From the human T2T-CHM13v2.0 reference genome, Homo sapiens: 64,000 nucleotides of DNA. The notes under the pieces are model-generated. The model did not search any database. It was not told the origin of the DNA and saw only the letters and a list, made by a program, of their open reading frames with translations. The first letter of the stretch is position 1; each line of letters opens with the position of its first letter. Positions 16,080 through 29,242 of this stretch are shown here, one piece after another. A program made the position numbers and the translations under genes. The stretch is taken from assembly GCF_009914755.1 (NCBI RefSeq), contig NC_060925.1. One strand, given 5' to 3'.

Positions 16080-16514
16080 TAAATTTCTAATAAAAAATAT
16101 AGATAATTATTGATTGCATAATAAATTGCTGAACTGCCTCAAGTTGTGTGAAAATAATGATAAAAGAGTGATCATAAATATTTTCAAGTGATTTATTATA
16201 TGAACCAATTCATTTTTGATTAATTTGCTGTGAGCCTTTCTTTCCTCTGTGGCTCAGGTAATGGAACCATAAAATATTACATTTGGAAAGAACATCTATT
16301 TCTCTGCCCCTCATTTGTTTTTGTTTTTTTTTTTTCAGAAGAAAAAACTGATGCCTGAGGAGTAATGTGACTTGTTTACTTGTGTTTCCTGTCCTTAAAT
16401 GACAATTTGTTCAGAATGTTGCATCACCAGGGCCGAAGTACCTGAAAGTTTAATAAAAAATGAATAAATGAATGAATAATTGCATCAGATAAGGGTTCAA
16501 TTGAGAGATTCTTG

Positions 16515-16671
16515 GTACGAAGTTTTTGTACCATGGACTTCCATTGCAAATTGATAAAACTTATTGACCTCATCATAAAAATGGTGAAGTGCATAAAATA
16601 AATACGTAGGATAACAAAGGAAACTAAAGGTATTGAAGTATAGTCTGTGTACTCCAGCTAAAGAACTCCTG
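16515..16671. mobile_element. hAT-Charlie MITE fragment (Charlie4z-like)
   Basis: tttttgtaccatggac...gcataaaataaatacgtaggataacaaaggaaac...aagaactcctg. Confidence 0.55.
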
Positions 16672-16807
16672 GAAGGTGATTTATCGTGTCCCTTCCATTT
16701 CTGAGATGTTGCACTTCTATCGTGTAATGTCTTGTTACTCTTGGATCAGCAGTCTTGATTGACAACCCCTGCAACTACTCTGCATTCCAATCTAGATTTT
16801 TTTACAT

Positions 16808-17136
16808 TTTCTTTTCTTTTTTCTTGTTTTTTTTTTTTTTTTTTTTTTTTTTTTTGAGACAGAGTCTTGCTCTGTCGCCTAGGCTGGAGTACAGGGGCAC
16901 GATCTCGGCTCGCTGCAAGCTCCACCTCCCGGGTTCACGCCATTCTCCTGCCTCAGCCTCCTGAGTAGCTGGGACTGTAGGTGCCTGCCACCACACCCGG
17001 ATAATTTTTTATATTTTTAGTAGAGACGGGGCTTCACCGTGTTGGCCAGGATGGTCTCGATCTCCTGACCTCGTGATCTGCCCGCCTTGGCCTCCCAAAG
17101 TGCTGGGATTACAGGCGTGAGCCACCGCGCCTGGCC
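16808..17136 (-). mobile_element. AluY with long poly-T
   Basis: Y-diagnostic positions; CpGs retained. Confidence 0.95.
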
Positions 17137-18284
17137 CTTCAATCTACATGTTTAAATACAATATCCTCTGAAGATTCATGTGCCTATTAGAGCTTGAAAA
17201 TCACTAGTCCTGGGATCAAAGTGAGACCCGGGTGCCCAGAGATTGGTGCCCAAAGCCCTTGTACTGCTGCTGGTGGACTGGTGCTACTATATTTTTGTGT
17301 AAATCCTGCAGTGGTTACATATTTCAGCCTAAGGCCGACTTGGCTTTCATCCTCTGCCAGTGTCTGTTTTTGCTTTAAGGATAATTCATCTCAGTTTCAG
17401 TAACTGAAACTGTTGTTGCTTTCTGAATATTGCATACCACAAGCCTGACGTGATGTAGTTTTTACCCAGACTTCCCTTTGCTGTTTAAGCAGCAAAATTG
17501 GAAGCATTCAAATTAGAATATTTTCTTCAGAAGAGTAGACCTTATTTAGAGAACTTTATATGACTGTAATATGATCTTAAGGACATATTTGGGACCTTTT
17601 CCCACAGACTGAAATTTTCATATGCTTATGGTTCTCTCATATTTATTATTTATCTTCAGGCATAGATATGATTTGGAAATTGCCTTTTTAACTCCGTCAC
17701 CTATTTTATTACTGCTGTAAACTCCTTATTACCTAAAATCAAGGTCGTTGGTTTGGCGCCAGCCTTTGTCTGTGGACCTATCAGTCATTCCACCTCTTAG
17801 CATGTGCTGTCAGCCCCAAAGACAAAGCTCTCGGCTGTAATGTATGTCCCCGTATCTCCACCTTTGTGCTCACGCTCTTGTCTTCAACACATTCCCCTTA
17901 TCACACATTCCCCTTCTCAGAACTTCTTAGAGGGCCAGGGGGCCCAGCCCACTTCTGATAGCAAGGTTTCTGGTATGTTAAAAATAAAAATCCCCAAATG
18001 GTTTACAAAAATTTTTGGTATGTTTTAAATATTTGCACATAGCGCATTCACATTACTAATCTACATACTCAAATCCAATGTATGTAGACACTTGTTTGGG
18101 GACAGCAAATATATAAATGTGAGACACAGGCCAAGTGATCCTACTGGCTCCCTCAAAGCCCCCAACCCATGAGAAACTCTGCTCTCATTTTGTTGTCTGC
18201 AGTGTTCTCTCCTTACAATTCCTGTAGCACGTTGATTATGATTTACACAGCATTTTTAAAGGCTTTTTCCTACCTTCCATATCC

Positions 18285-18596
<312 letters not shown>

Positions 18597-18868
18597 GTAT
18601 TTATTTTTTAATTTAATTGGTACATAATTTATTTTATTGGTACAAAATATCACATGTAGCCCATAAATATGTATATATTTTACATATGCATATACATACA
18701 CAAAATACACAAAATGCTGTACCTCAGTATATAAAAAGTGTTGTGTGTAATGTTTGAGGTGATAGATATCTCAATTACCCTGATATGATCACTGCACATT
18801 GTATGCATGTATCAAAATATCACATGTGATATGTTTATATACTGAGGTACAGCATTTTGTGTATGTAT
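18597..18868. repeat. Rearranged L1MA 3' end with a 31-bp perfect inverted repeat
   Basis: 18705-18735 is the exact reverse complement of 18834-18864. Confidence 0.9.
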
Positions 18869-20688
18869 TTTACTCTATGAGATTACAAGCACCCTTGGGG
18901 TGGAGAATGTGTACTATTAATATACATAGTACATTCAGTGAACCCATGATGAATTAACAAATGATGGTAATCTACTTATCATAATATTACATGAGCTTTC
19001 ACTTGGACACAGATATGAGCACGGGTATTTTGAATTATTTTCAGAGTTTGGTTAAAATCGGTGTCATTCACATGGATTTGTATGTGTGTGTGCCTGTGCA
19101 CGTGCTTTTTTTTACACTAGGTTATTGAAATACGAGTATTTATGGAACAGCTTAAAATGTGTGTTTTTATGTTTATGATACTTTGATTTTATGATTTTTG
19201 TTAGCTTCTCCACATACGTGTTTACTGGATAACATTGCCAGATGCTAGGAACACAGCTGTGAACCTGTGTCAGGTAGCTTCTAAAAGGGAAAAAGAAAAT
19301 AAGCCCAAGAATTTCACTGTGTGATAATTGCTTTGAAGGGAAATATATTCTGCTTGTTTGTTAAAGCAGATGGGATATGATTTATTTGTAAACAATTAAA
19401 CAGTTTTAACATACTGGAGAAGAAATTGAGTCAATAAAGGAATCTTAGCTGGGATTACAGCTAAGACTGTAAGAATGACAGATTGAAGTAAAGAAGAAAT
19501 TGTACAAAAGCAGGCAGCTAGTTGAGGTTGAGGAGAGGAATAAGAGCAAATTATTGCCAAGTCTTATGTATCAACTGGTAAACTTTCAATCTTATTCATT
19601 GGAAAAATGACTGATAAACACTGTGTACATATCACAATGTTTAAAGTTTCTTTGGTTTTATTTTTAAGAGAAAGAGAGTGAACGACCTCTTCTTGATGGT
19701 GACTTGAGAATAGTATCTTTATGTTAAAGAGACCTGTAGGATGTTTAAAAGGCCTGTGGAGTACACCTAAGGTGACTACTTTAGGCGTGACTGATCATCT
19801 AAATAAGATGGTCAAGATTTCTGGGAAATTTCTGGTCTGATTAAAGTCTGTGAAAACTTAGGCTGTCATCAGCATTGGCAAAGCATTGCAGAAACATTGC
19901 AGGGATATTGGCGATGTTTACTGAGAAGACTCCACGAAAACAGGTGGTTGCTCTATGTATGTTTGAAATTCTAGAGGCAGCCAAGTTATGATGAGTAAAA
20001 TAAGCAAGTAATTTTGTTTTTCTTAGTTAACATTTGATAATTCAGTCTTATGGCTCTAAAAGATATTAAGTATGTTTTATTTTAATGTGTTTCTATTTTT
20101 AGGAAGGAAAATCTGAAATGTGCTAGTATCTGAATTTCGGAAGAAATGTAGCTTGGTTTTAGATAGCTGTTAGGAAATATCGCCATCTAATGGCTTTTGC
20201 ATCAAATTGCAGATAACAGTTCCTGAAGGACTCCATAAAAGACCCCATAAGACGCCTAAGGACTTCATAAAATGAAGACTCCATAAACTTGGTCCAATAG
20301 ATTTCACTTACTTCATCATCAAAAAGCTGTCAGAGTGTGATATGTAGAAAACCTAATTATAATTTTAAGTGCTCATTTTGTTCATCAACCATCGTTAAAA
20401 CAAAAATAGTATCTTGTTACAAATAAACTTATTTAGTGTATTCATTTATGCATATTTTGATTATTGACTTAAGTCAGTAACTGTTAGAATGAAGTTTAAA
20501 AATCCGTAAATTCAGAGAGGAACTTCTTTTCTTCTGACTAGTTTTTTGATTCTTGAATGACAGGTTGAAACAGATGTTCTCTATGAACATAACCAAATCA
20601 GCAACGTTAAGTTTGCATTCCTAGAAGCACTTACATGTTACAGCTTACCAGAGCCTGAAGTGATGCCTCCTTTTGCCTCTTGATACAG

Positions 20689-20788
20689 CACTTGTCTTAT
20701 GGCAACGGCAGCTTACACGTGGATGCCGCTTTCCAGCAGACTCTCTGGAGCGTGGCCCCAATCAGCTCAGGAAGTGAGGCAGCCCAAG
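20689..20788 (+). CDS. RYR2: RYR2 exon 9, HLSYGNGSLHVDAAFQQTLWSVAPISSGSEAAQ(G), 100 nt, phase 0-1
   Basis: atacag|CAC ... AAG|gtaaaa; lies inside ORF-track 20680-20868. Confidence 0.97.
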
Positions 20789-21494
20789 GTAAAAACTCCA
20801 CTTCAATTAGAGGGCCTGTCCTTGCTGCAAAGTTGACAGTCATCTTTGGAATTGTGATAATGAGCTGATTGTTAATTAGAGCTTTTTGTCTGTGTCTAAA
20901 TATTCTGTAATGCAGATACCTGACATTTGAGGATCTTGTTTAAACTGCTATTTTAACAGTGAAGCTTGGGTGAAGATTAATCTTCCCTTATTTTTATGCT
21001 ACTGTCAGCTTTAGTTTATTTGTGTATGCTTTATGTGATAGCTTCCTATGGATTGTTTTCTTCAATTTTTTGACCTCAGAGTATTGCCTGGTTGGACTAA
21101 TGTCAAGATTTCTTATTTTCTGAGGTCATGCCTTATAGCTGGAATACGAATTTTACAAAGGAGCAGGGTTTCCTAGGGAAATATCTGTATATGTTCTGGT
21201 TATTCCAACTTACATAGGTTCACATTTGATTCTAAATGTGTTTGTATGTTTAACAGAGGATTTTATGTGTCTGAGGTCATGCTTTTAGTGGGAATATCCC
21301 TAACTGTGGGACTCGGGCACCCAGGACTCAGAGGGAACAGCAGGCACTGTCTATCTCTGTGACCTTGGCCAGGTCCTTAAGACTCACTAGACTTCAGTTT
21401 CTTTACGAAAGTAGAAGATTGGACCAGATGATCTGTCTGGCTATCAGCACCTGACACTGACAGTCCAGACCTGAATGATTTTTTATCCTTACAG

Positions 21495-21591
21495 GGTATC
21501 TCATTGGTGGTGATGTCCTCAGGTTGCTGCATGGACACATGGACGAGTGTCTCACTGTCCCTTCAGGAGAACATGGTGAAGAGCAGCGGAG
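21495..21591 (+). CDS. RYR2: RYR2 exon 10, (G)[31 protein letters not shown](R), 97 nt, phase 1-2
   Basis: ttacag|GG ... GAG|gttagt; frame-compatible. Confidence 0.97.
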
Positions 21592-23684
21592 GTTAGTACC
21601 TGAGCTCATTGCATTGAGACTTGCACTCTTTTGCCTTGATGTAATGTTTTAAAAACTAGGGATCTATTCATTCAGGCCAGTAGCATCATACAAGATGGGC
21701 TACTGACATTCATTGATTCACTGAAGTGATCCATTTGTTGCCCCCTCTTAGCTTTTTCTCATGTTATATTTCTATTACCTACCAACAGAAGAACTGAAAA
21801 TTTTTGTATAATTAAAACATATTAAGAAACACTGAACAAAATTAACGAAGTGAGAAGAGTGACCACATTGCATTAAACTACTTAGAACTTCATTAAATGC
21901 TCATTAGTTTTGATTAATTTTCTTTTTAGAATGTTTAATCTCAAACTCAGTTTTGAAGTCAGAGTTCTCAAATTGCGTACAATTTTAGGACCCTTTGCTA
22001 TGACCTCTCATTTATTGATACAGATGATAGAATTGATCACTTTCTCTCATATTTAATCTGATATAATACCTCTCTCATGTTAATTTATTTGGCACTGGGA
22101 CAAGATTACAATAGTATGAATCTACTGAGAAAAGTGCACAAATATTACAAAACCATAAAAATATTTAGAATAGTTTGCTACTGCTCTACCTTACAAATTA
22201 ATCAATGAATGTAGTAAGATGAATATGTAAATAAGAGATTGCAGTGAGAGAAGGTACTGTGTGGATGGTTTGTTATGTATCTTTAAATCTTTTAGTGGAC
22301 ATTTTTCATATTAACATGGACACTTAGGTAACTATTAGTTAATAATTATTTATTTTTATAATTTAATAAAAATACATAGGGACCATTTAGAAAATTAAGA
22401 GTCATTTAACCAGCTGCATAATCTCAGGAAAAGTCCCTCTGAGACCTGGGTACTGGGTCTTAACCTCTGTTCCCAGGCAGACCTAGATAATGGTCAAGAG
22501 TGACATAAGTCCCCTGGAAACATTCCGTAAGCTAAAACTGCCTCTTTCAGTAGGTTTAGGAAGAAGATGTCGATGGTGTCAGTAGGGTTTGTATAAAAGA
22601 TAATGGAGATTTTAAGACACTTGGATAAGGAATTAGTTTCAAACAGAAATATAAACTTAAGAACTAGAGAGATGTCAAGCATATTCTGGGAATAGCAATT
22701 ATTCCAGAGTGATTAGGGGGAAAATGGAGGAAAAGGTGGAAAGTAGACAAGAGAAAGATCCTTAGTGCCATTCCCGTGGGCTGGCTTCTATTCTGAGGTT
22801 GTTAGGAAGGGATGTGGGGATCAGAGTGGAATAGTTAGTTCTCTTTTAAAATAATAACTCTGTTAGGCAAGGAGAACTTAGATTAGAGGTGGGGAGAATC
22901 TGAGTCACGGAAATGAAATGCAGTAATTCGTGTGACAAAATCCAAGAACTTAGCCCAGATAATGCCATCAGAATGGAGAGGTTTACTTGCATCATAGACA
23001 TTTAGATAAAAGTGATGGGTTTAGGGGAGAACTAGACACAGGCTGTGAGAGAAGGTATCTAATCCAGCGCCATCTTTTTTTCTGCCTCAGGGGAAGACAG
23101 CTGGAGCTAAGGATTGCAGGAGATGGTACATGTTTGCTATGAAAGATGGAGTTAAACTTTGGTTACAGATGAGTACAGTCTATGAGACGTCCAGTAGGAA
23201 ATTGGGATGTCTGAGTCTTTAACTTAACAAAACTTGGGATGGGTGCAAATTCTAAGTGTAAGGGGGATATTTAAAGGAATGGGGTCTATCATATGTTCAT
23301 CAGATGGAGAGGGAAGAGCTGGGATTAGATGTGTTTGTCGATTGGGCATGGCCTTATGAAGGCTGTAAAGACCTGGAATAGCCTAATCAGGCAGGGGGCT
23401 GAGGATGGATTCCTACAGAATGCTGATGTTTAGGATGTGGGCAGAGAAATAAGAGTCAGCAAGAGAGTCAGAGTGATAGTTTAGTAGGGAACCAGGGAAG
23501 TTAGTCATTGAAGTCAAAGGATTGGGTTGTGGATATGTTAAATGCTATGGTGTGTTTATTTGGAGTTAGAGCTTATAAGAGACCATGCCAGAGTCTTTGG
23601 ATCCTCAGTCCCTGATTTGTTAAATGGAAGACAGACTAAGTGTTTCTTAGAGCTTTTTCGGCTGTATCTACAGACACTGTAGAG

Positions 23685-23920
23685 CTTCGTGGTTAAGGTA
23701 ATGGACTCTAGAACCAGACAGATCTGGGATTGGGGTTCTGCTCTGCCACTTACCAGTTGTGTGACTCATGTAGGTGACATAGTTTCTTTAAACAATGGTT
23801 TCCCCTCTTTGTAAAATGCAGCTTAAATATTATCTCCTGCTTTATGGGGCTATTGAAAAGACTAAATAAGAAAATACACGTAAAATACTTGATGCATATT
23901 GAGAAATCAACACATTTATT
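23685..23920 (+). mobile_element. MIR (near full length)
   Basis: gtggttaagg...ctctgccacttaccagttgtgtgact...tgtaaaatg. Confidence 0.8.
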
Positions 23921-25663
23921 GTTATTATTTAGTCTGTTGCTATTATTTAGTCTGAAGAGGCAGCATTTAGCCAGATATGATTGAAAAGTTTGAGGGACTC
24001 TGGGCATATGGATGACAGAATGGCAGAGCATAGACTTTGTAGGAAGAGAGGCCAGACTGGATCCAAGAGGATCCTTTCGATGGCTAGTTATGATTGCAGA
24101 GAAATCTAGGGGACATTTCAAAGATATTTTAATCATGTTCTGGACCCACTCTCCCTTTGCATATATGTTGAAGCCTGCCCCTCCTTTCCAAATAGTCTTC
24201 TTGATTTCATGTTGATAATTTCAGTTCAACTTATTCTTAGTATGTAATTAGACCAGCCTATCAGGACTCTTGGTAGGTAGTGATGGTGGTAAGAACGCGT
24301 TTGTTTGTGTCCCTTTTTATAGCATATTTACATGGGTGAAATTAGATTAAAATGGATGTCAGATTATGACTCGAGGGAGAAAATGAGTCAGCAGTAGGCA
24401 GCATGGAGCTGAAGGGATGTTGCTTAAGAAAAAACTATTTGTGTTGGTTATACTGGGATTGAGCAATTATTTGAATAGAATGATAAAAATAATTCCTTGA
24501 ATTTCACAATTATATAGCACTTCATTATTTCTAAATCTTGTTAATACCATTGTTTAGAAAGTTTTCAACCTCCCTCTGTTATTTCCCTAGGTCATTGTAA
24601 GGAACTTGGGGGAGGCAAAGGATAGCTCACCCCGGAAGCAGCCTTTATTTATTTGTTATCAGTCTGTACTGGGGGAGACATGCATAATGATCATCTAAAA
24701 ATATACTTTTTTCATTCATTAAACAAAGAAGTAAAAGTAATTTGATTTTTGCACAGTGACATGAAAGCTAGAGAAGGTCCTGGGAAATATGTAAAAAAAA
24801 TTTTTTACCTTATAATTCTTTCCTGTAATTATGATCTGGCTATACTCATTAATTGTATGCTGTTGTTAACGTTAAATAACTAAAGTCCAATTTACTTTGT
24901 TAGGAGACATAGTGGAAACTATTAAGGAGATGGCCAGAAAAGATGTTTACTTCTGAGTGATTTAGGAATAGTCTGGTCATAAATGCTGTGTTTCTACATG
25001 GATTTGTGCACCTGTTCCTGCTTTGTTCTATTGACAGTTATTTAATATACATAACTGTAATTGTAGCTATTGAAAATCCACCTCAATAATGGGTTTTATG
25101 ATTCTGGATATCAGTAGAGTTACCTTTACCTTCCTCTTCACATTTAGATATGTATGTGTATGTGGTTACCTATTCATTCTCCTAAAGAATGTTAATAAAG
25201 CTCTTAGAATGAAGAGCATATAGAGCTATTCAGTTAAGAACAACTGAATTGGAGATGATGCCTATCAGAGTTAAACTAAATATTTATCTTTTTCTCATGC
25301 TTCCTGCCCATTTTGCTTTTATGGATTGAATCCTGACGTGTTCATGAAATACAGCATCATTATTGTTTTAAGTTACTTGAGATTTTTTTCCGAAAGACAA
25401 ATCGCTCTAAAATGACTAGTAGACAACTTGTCTAAACAACAACAAAAATAGTAAAAATATAACCTATAGTAGTTGTGAGCAGTCAGGTATAAGGGAGAGA
25501 GCTCATTAGTATTAACTATAGTGTCGTAACTTTTTAGTTCTTATTAAACTCTTCAATTAGTGAGATAGAATGAGTTAAAGAGAAGCAAGTCTGGTAGTTG
25601 GGAAGGGATGTGTCAGTATCCCTTGTCAATCATGTTTTAATTATTGCTTTAAAAATAGGCTTT

Positions 25664-25891
25664 TGCACAACAGGGTAACTATAGCCAACAATAAATTTAT
25701 TGTACATTAAAAAATAACTAAAAGAGTGTAACTGGATTGTTTGTAACACAAAGGATCAGTGCCTGAAGTGATGGATCCCTCATTTACCCTGAAGTGATTA
25801 TTATGCATAGTATGCCTGAATCAAGGCATCTCATGTACCCCATAAATATATATACCTACTACATACCCACAAACATTAAAAATAAAAACTT
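25664..25891 (+). mobile_element. L1MA (early subfamily) 3' end
   Basis: catgtaccccataaatatatatacctac + A tail; TSD AAATAGGCTTT (25653/25892). Confidence 0.85.
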
Positions 25892-28181
25892 AAATAGGCT
25901 TTCATTCTGGAGGCTTGACATTTGACTACTAAATTTTATTTCAAGCCTGACATATTTTATGTGGAGAGTATTTTCTGTTCTAGATTTTGTTTCTAGATTG
26001 CATCTCATTATTTCCATCCAAAATTTTATGTGAATATAATAAAATATCAACAAAGGCATTTCCTTTATGTGCACATAGACTTATTTATGGATTTGATATG
26101 CACTATGTGAATAAACTGTGCATACTTTTATATTGATACATTTTAAAATGGATGCATTGGGGAAGATTATTTGGGGCCTTTAGTTTGGAAATCTATTAAG
26201 GAAACATTGTTTGAAAAGCATTATTTATGTTAAAAACAGGTTTGCAATGTCGAAACTTTTTATTGATTCAATAAGAATGTGTAGAATGACTATGATTTTC
26301 TGGGTGCTGGGGCTATAGTAGTATACACAAAGTTACAAAGTTTATTTTCTCAAGAAGTTTACATTCTAGTGGGCATATGCGGCAATAAATACGTTTATTT
26401 CTAAATGTATACACTTACCCACATATACAGAGATGAAATGCATTAGGTGATGATAAGAGCTAAGGAGAAAAATAATGCATGGAAGGGGATGGAGAGTGTT
26501 CATGTGTGTGGTATGTTTTGTGGGGTGGTATGACGGAGAGGTGGGGAGAGAAGGAGAGAAAGCTTGTTCTTCTTCCACCTTATCTGGCATTGCTCTTGGC
26601 ATATGCTTGCTGTGTCTTGTTACTTTCAAATGCAGGCCAATTAAGTCATAGTTTCTGACAGTATCTGGAAATAAATGCTACATTTGCTTCCCAAAATGTG
26701 ACTCAGCAGGAAAAAGCTATGCCATGTGTATGCATGACAAGATTTTTACCTCCATGCCCCCTTTTAATATTATGATGATTTAATGAGCTTTAGTTGTAAA
26801 TAATTGATAAGGCATGAGATGGATTGGATGTAATGAATTAAATGCCTCTCCATCTGGCTTAGAAAGAGATGCATAGTTTATATCTGTGTACACAACTGGA
26901 TGACTGATATCCTTGTGAGGATATTTGTATGCCTTTGGCCACCACCTAGGAGGAAGCTCTTAAAGCTATTCTGTTGTTCTCCAAAATGGTCAAGGATAAA
27001 GTTTAACCTATGAGGGTTTTTCTTCTTTTTCTCTGTCTTCAGGTCCTGCATATATCTTTTCAGCCTGGAACTGAGAGTTAGATGAGTTAGCTAAACAGTC
27101 TTGATGGAATAGTCAGTACATAAAGGAGAGCTACTTTCTGCTCTTTGCCTCTTCTCCTTTGGGAGAGATTCGCTTTTTACCCCAAACTTAAACTCCTTGC
27201 TGATTGCAGAGAGTGCAGTAGCTGCTGTAGTTTGTCATGTGTTCTGGAAGCCTGACTTGGTCTAGAGCCGCACTCTCAAGGCAAGGACTGGGTAAAATGA
27301 CTGCTTCAAAAACGTGGGCTTCTAACACAAGATTAAAAACATTCATAGGAATTTGAGCTGTTGGATCTTGGCAAAAATGAAAAACAATGAGACATTTGAT
27401 GCATTTAGAGTATATGAATAGAAAAACAGACAATAGATTAAAATCAACATTATACAAAAAAATCTCTCGATGATTTTCTCAATTAAAATTTAAGAACATG
27501 ACTTGTCTACACTGGGTTTATTAACTTAATCTATATGTAAGCAATATCTTTCAGAAGAAAAAAAGAAAGAGAAGCATCTTCTTTTGTAAATTTCCAGATG
27601 CCTTTATGGTTGTATTGTGTTCTGCAAAGCAATGGTAACAACATGTATTTTGTTGTTTTTCTGCTCTAGTCCTACCTACATGATTCTTTCAATGGTGATT
27701 CAAAGTGTAAGCTATTGTTGTTTCAAATCTGTGCTGATTCATTTACATTTTATGCAGAGGTGTCATCTCAAAACATACCTATTTTCCCTTGTGCAGCAAC
27801 TTGAATAGAGCTATTGTGGCAAACTGAGCTCCTGAATAAACAAGTAATGCTTCTTGGGATGCTGGTTAGGCAAGTACTTCTTGATTTGTTACTAGGAAGA
27901 GACTCCTGACAGCTGCTTTAGCACCTGCCTGCGGCTCAGCTGCTCAGCCACATGCTCCCAAAGGTACCAGCAGCAGAAATTCTCCTATGAAAATGTGTCA
28001 ACTGAAACGCTTATGATTTCACTCTGAAATAACCTTTTAAGACTGGATCTGCTTTTCAATCACCTCAACTCAATTCTTTTAATATTTATTGAGGGACTTG
28101 TATAGCCCAGACATTTTTGGCATGTGCTGGGTATGAAAACATGTCTAAGGCCCTGCCACTATCTTTCTGGAACTCACCGTC

Positions 28182-28551
28182 TCTATTAGTCTGTTCTCAC
28201 ACTGCTATAAAGAAATACCTGAAACTGGGTAATTTATAAAGACAAGAGTCTTAACTGGCTCACACTTCTGCAGGCTCCATAGGCTGGGGAGGCCTCAGGA
28301 AACTTACAATCATGGCAGAAGGCGAATGGGAAGGAGGCATGTTTTACGTGGCTGGAGGAGGAGCAAGAGAGCAAAGGGGAAGTGCTACACAGTTTTAACA
28401 ACCAGATCTCGTGAGAACTCACTATCACAAGGATAGCAAGGGGAAAATCTGCCCCCATGATCCAGTCACCTCCTATCAGTCCCCTCCTCCAACACTGGGG
28501 ATTATGATTCAATGTGAGGTTTGGGCGGGGACACAAATCCAAACCATATCA
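28182..28551 (-). mobile_element. MSTA-like MaLR solo LTR
   Basis: ctattagtctgttctcac...acacaaatccaaaccatatca; TSD CCGTC/CCATC. Confidence 0.88.
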
Positions 28552-28872
28552 CCATCTTTTAAGATCTCAACAACACTATATTCAGGATGAAGTGAATGTT
28601 AATCTGGGAGAAGCCATTTATAATTTTGGTAAAACTTAGATGGTAGAAAACATATTTTACCATTCAACCATGTGAGAAAGATCAGCCAAGTCTTTGTTGA
28701 CCTTTGATTTTGAAGGATATTTTTGTCAGCCTATAAAAAGTTAACAAAAAAGCTTTGCTTTTCTCTAATTAGTTTGAACCTGCTATTCAATATCAACTCT
28801 AAATGGGAATTGCAGGTGAGTAATTGTGGGTGACTGTAACTATTTTTCAGACGATTCCTACATGCATTTTAA

Positions 28873-29242
<370 letters not shown>

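Noticed and set aside
20229-20286. Short spaced repeats as a CRISPR-like array
   Set aside because: 10-bp degenerate units, irregular 2-10 bp gaps, eukaryotic intron, no cas genes
25649-25658. MEF2-like TTAAAAATAG (also CTATTTTTAA at 43989)
   Set aside because: Coincides with an L1 target site or lies in MER58A; isolated AT-rich matches are expected by chance
27041-27048. AG|GT as a recursive splice site
   Set aside because: Regenerated donor GAG|GTCCTG is very weak; kept only as a cryptic acceptor
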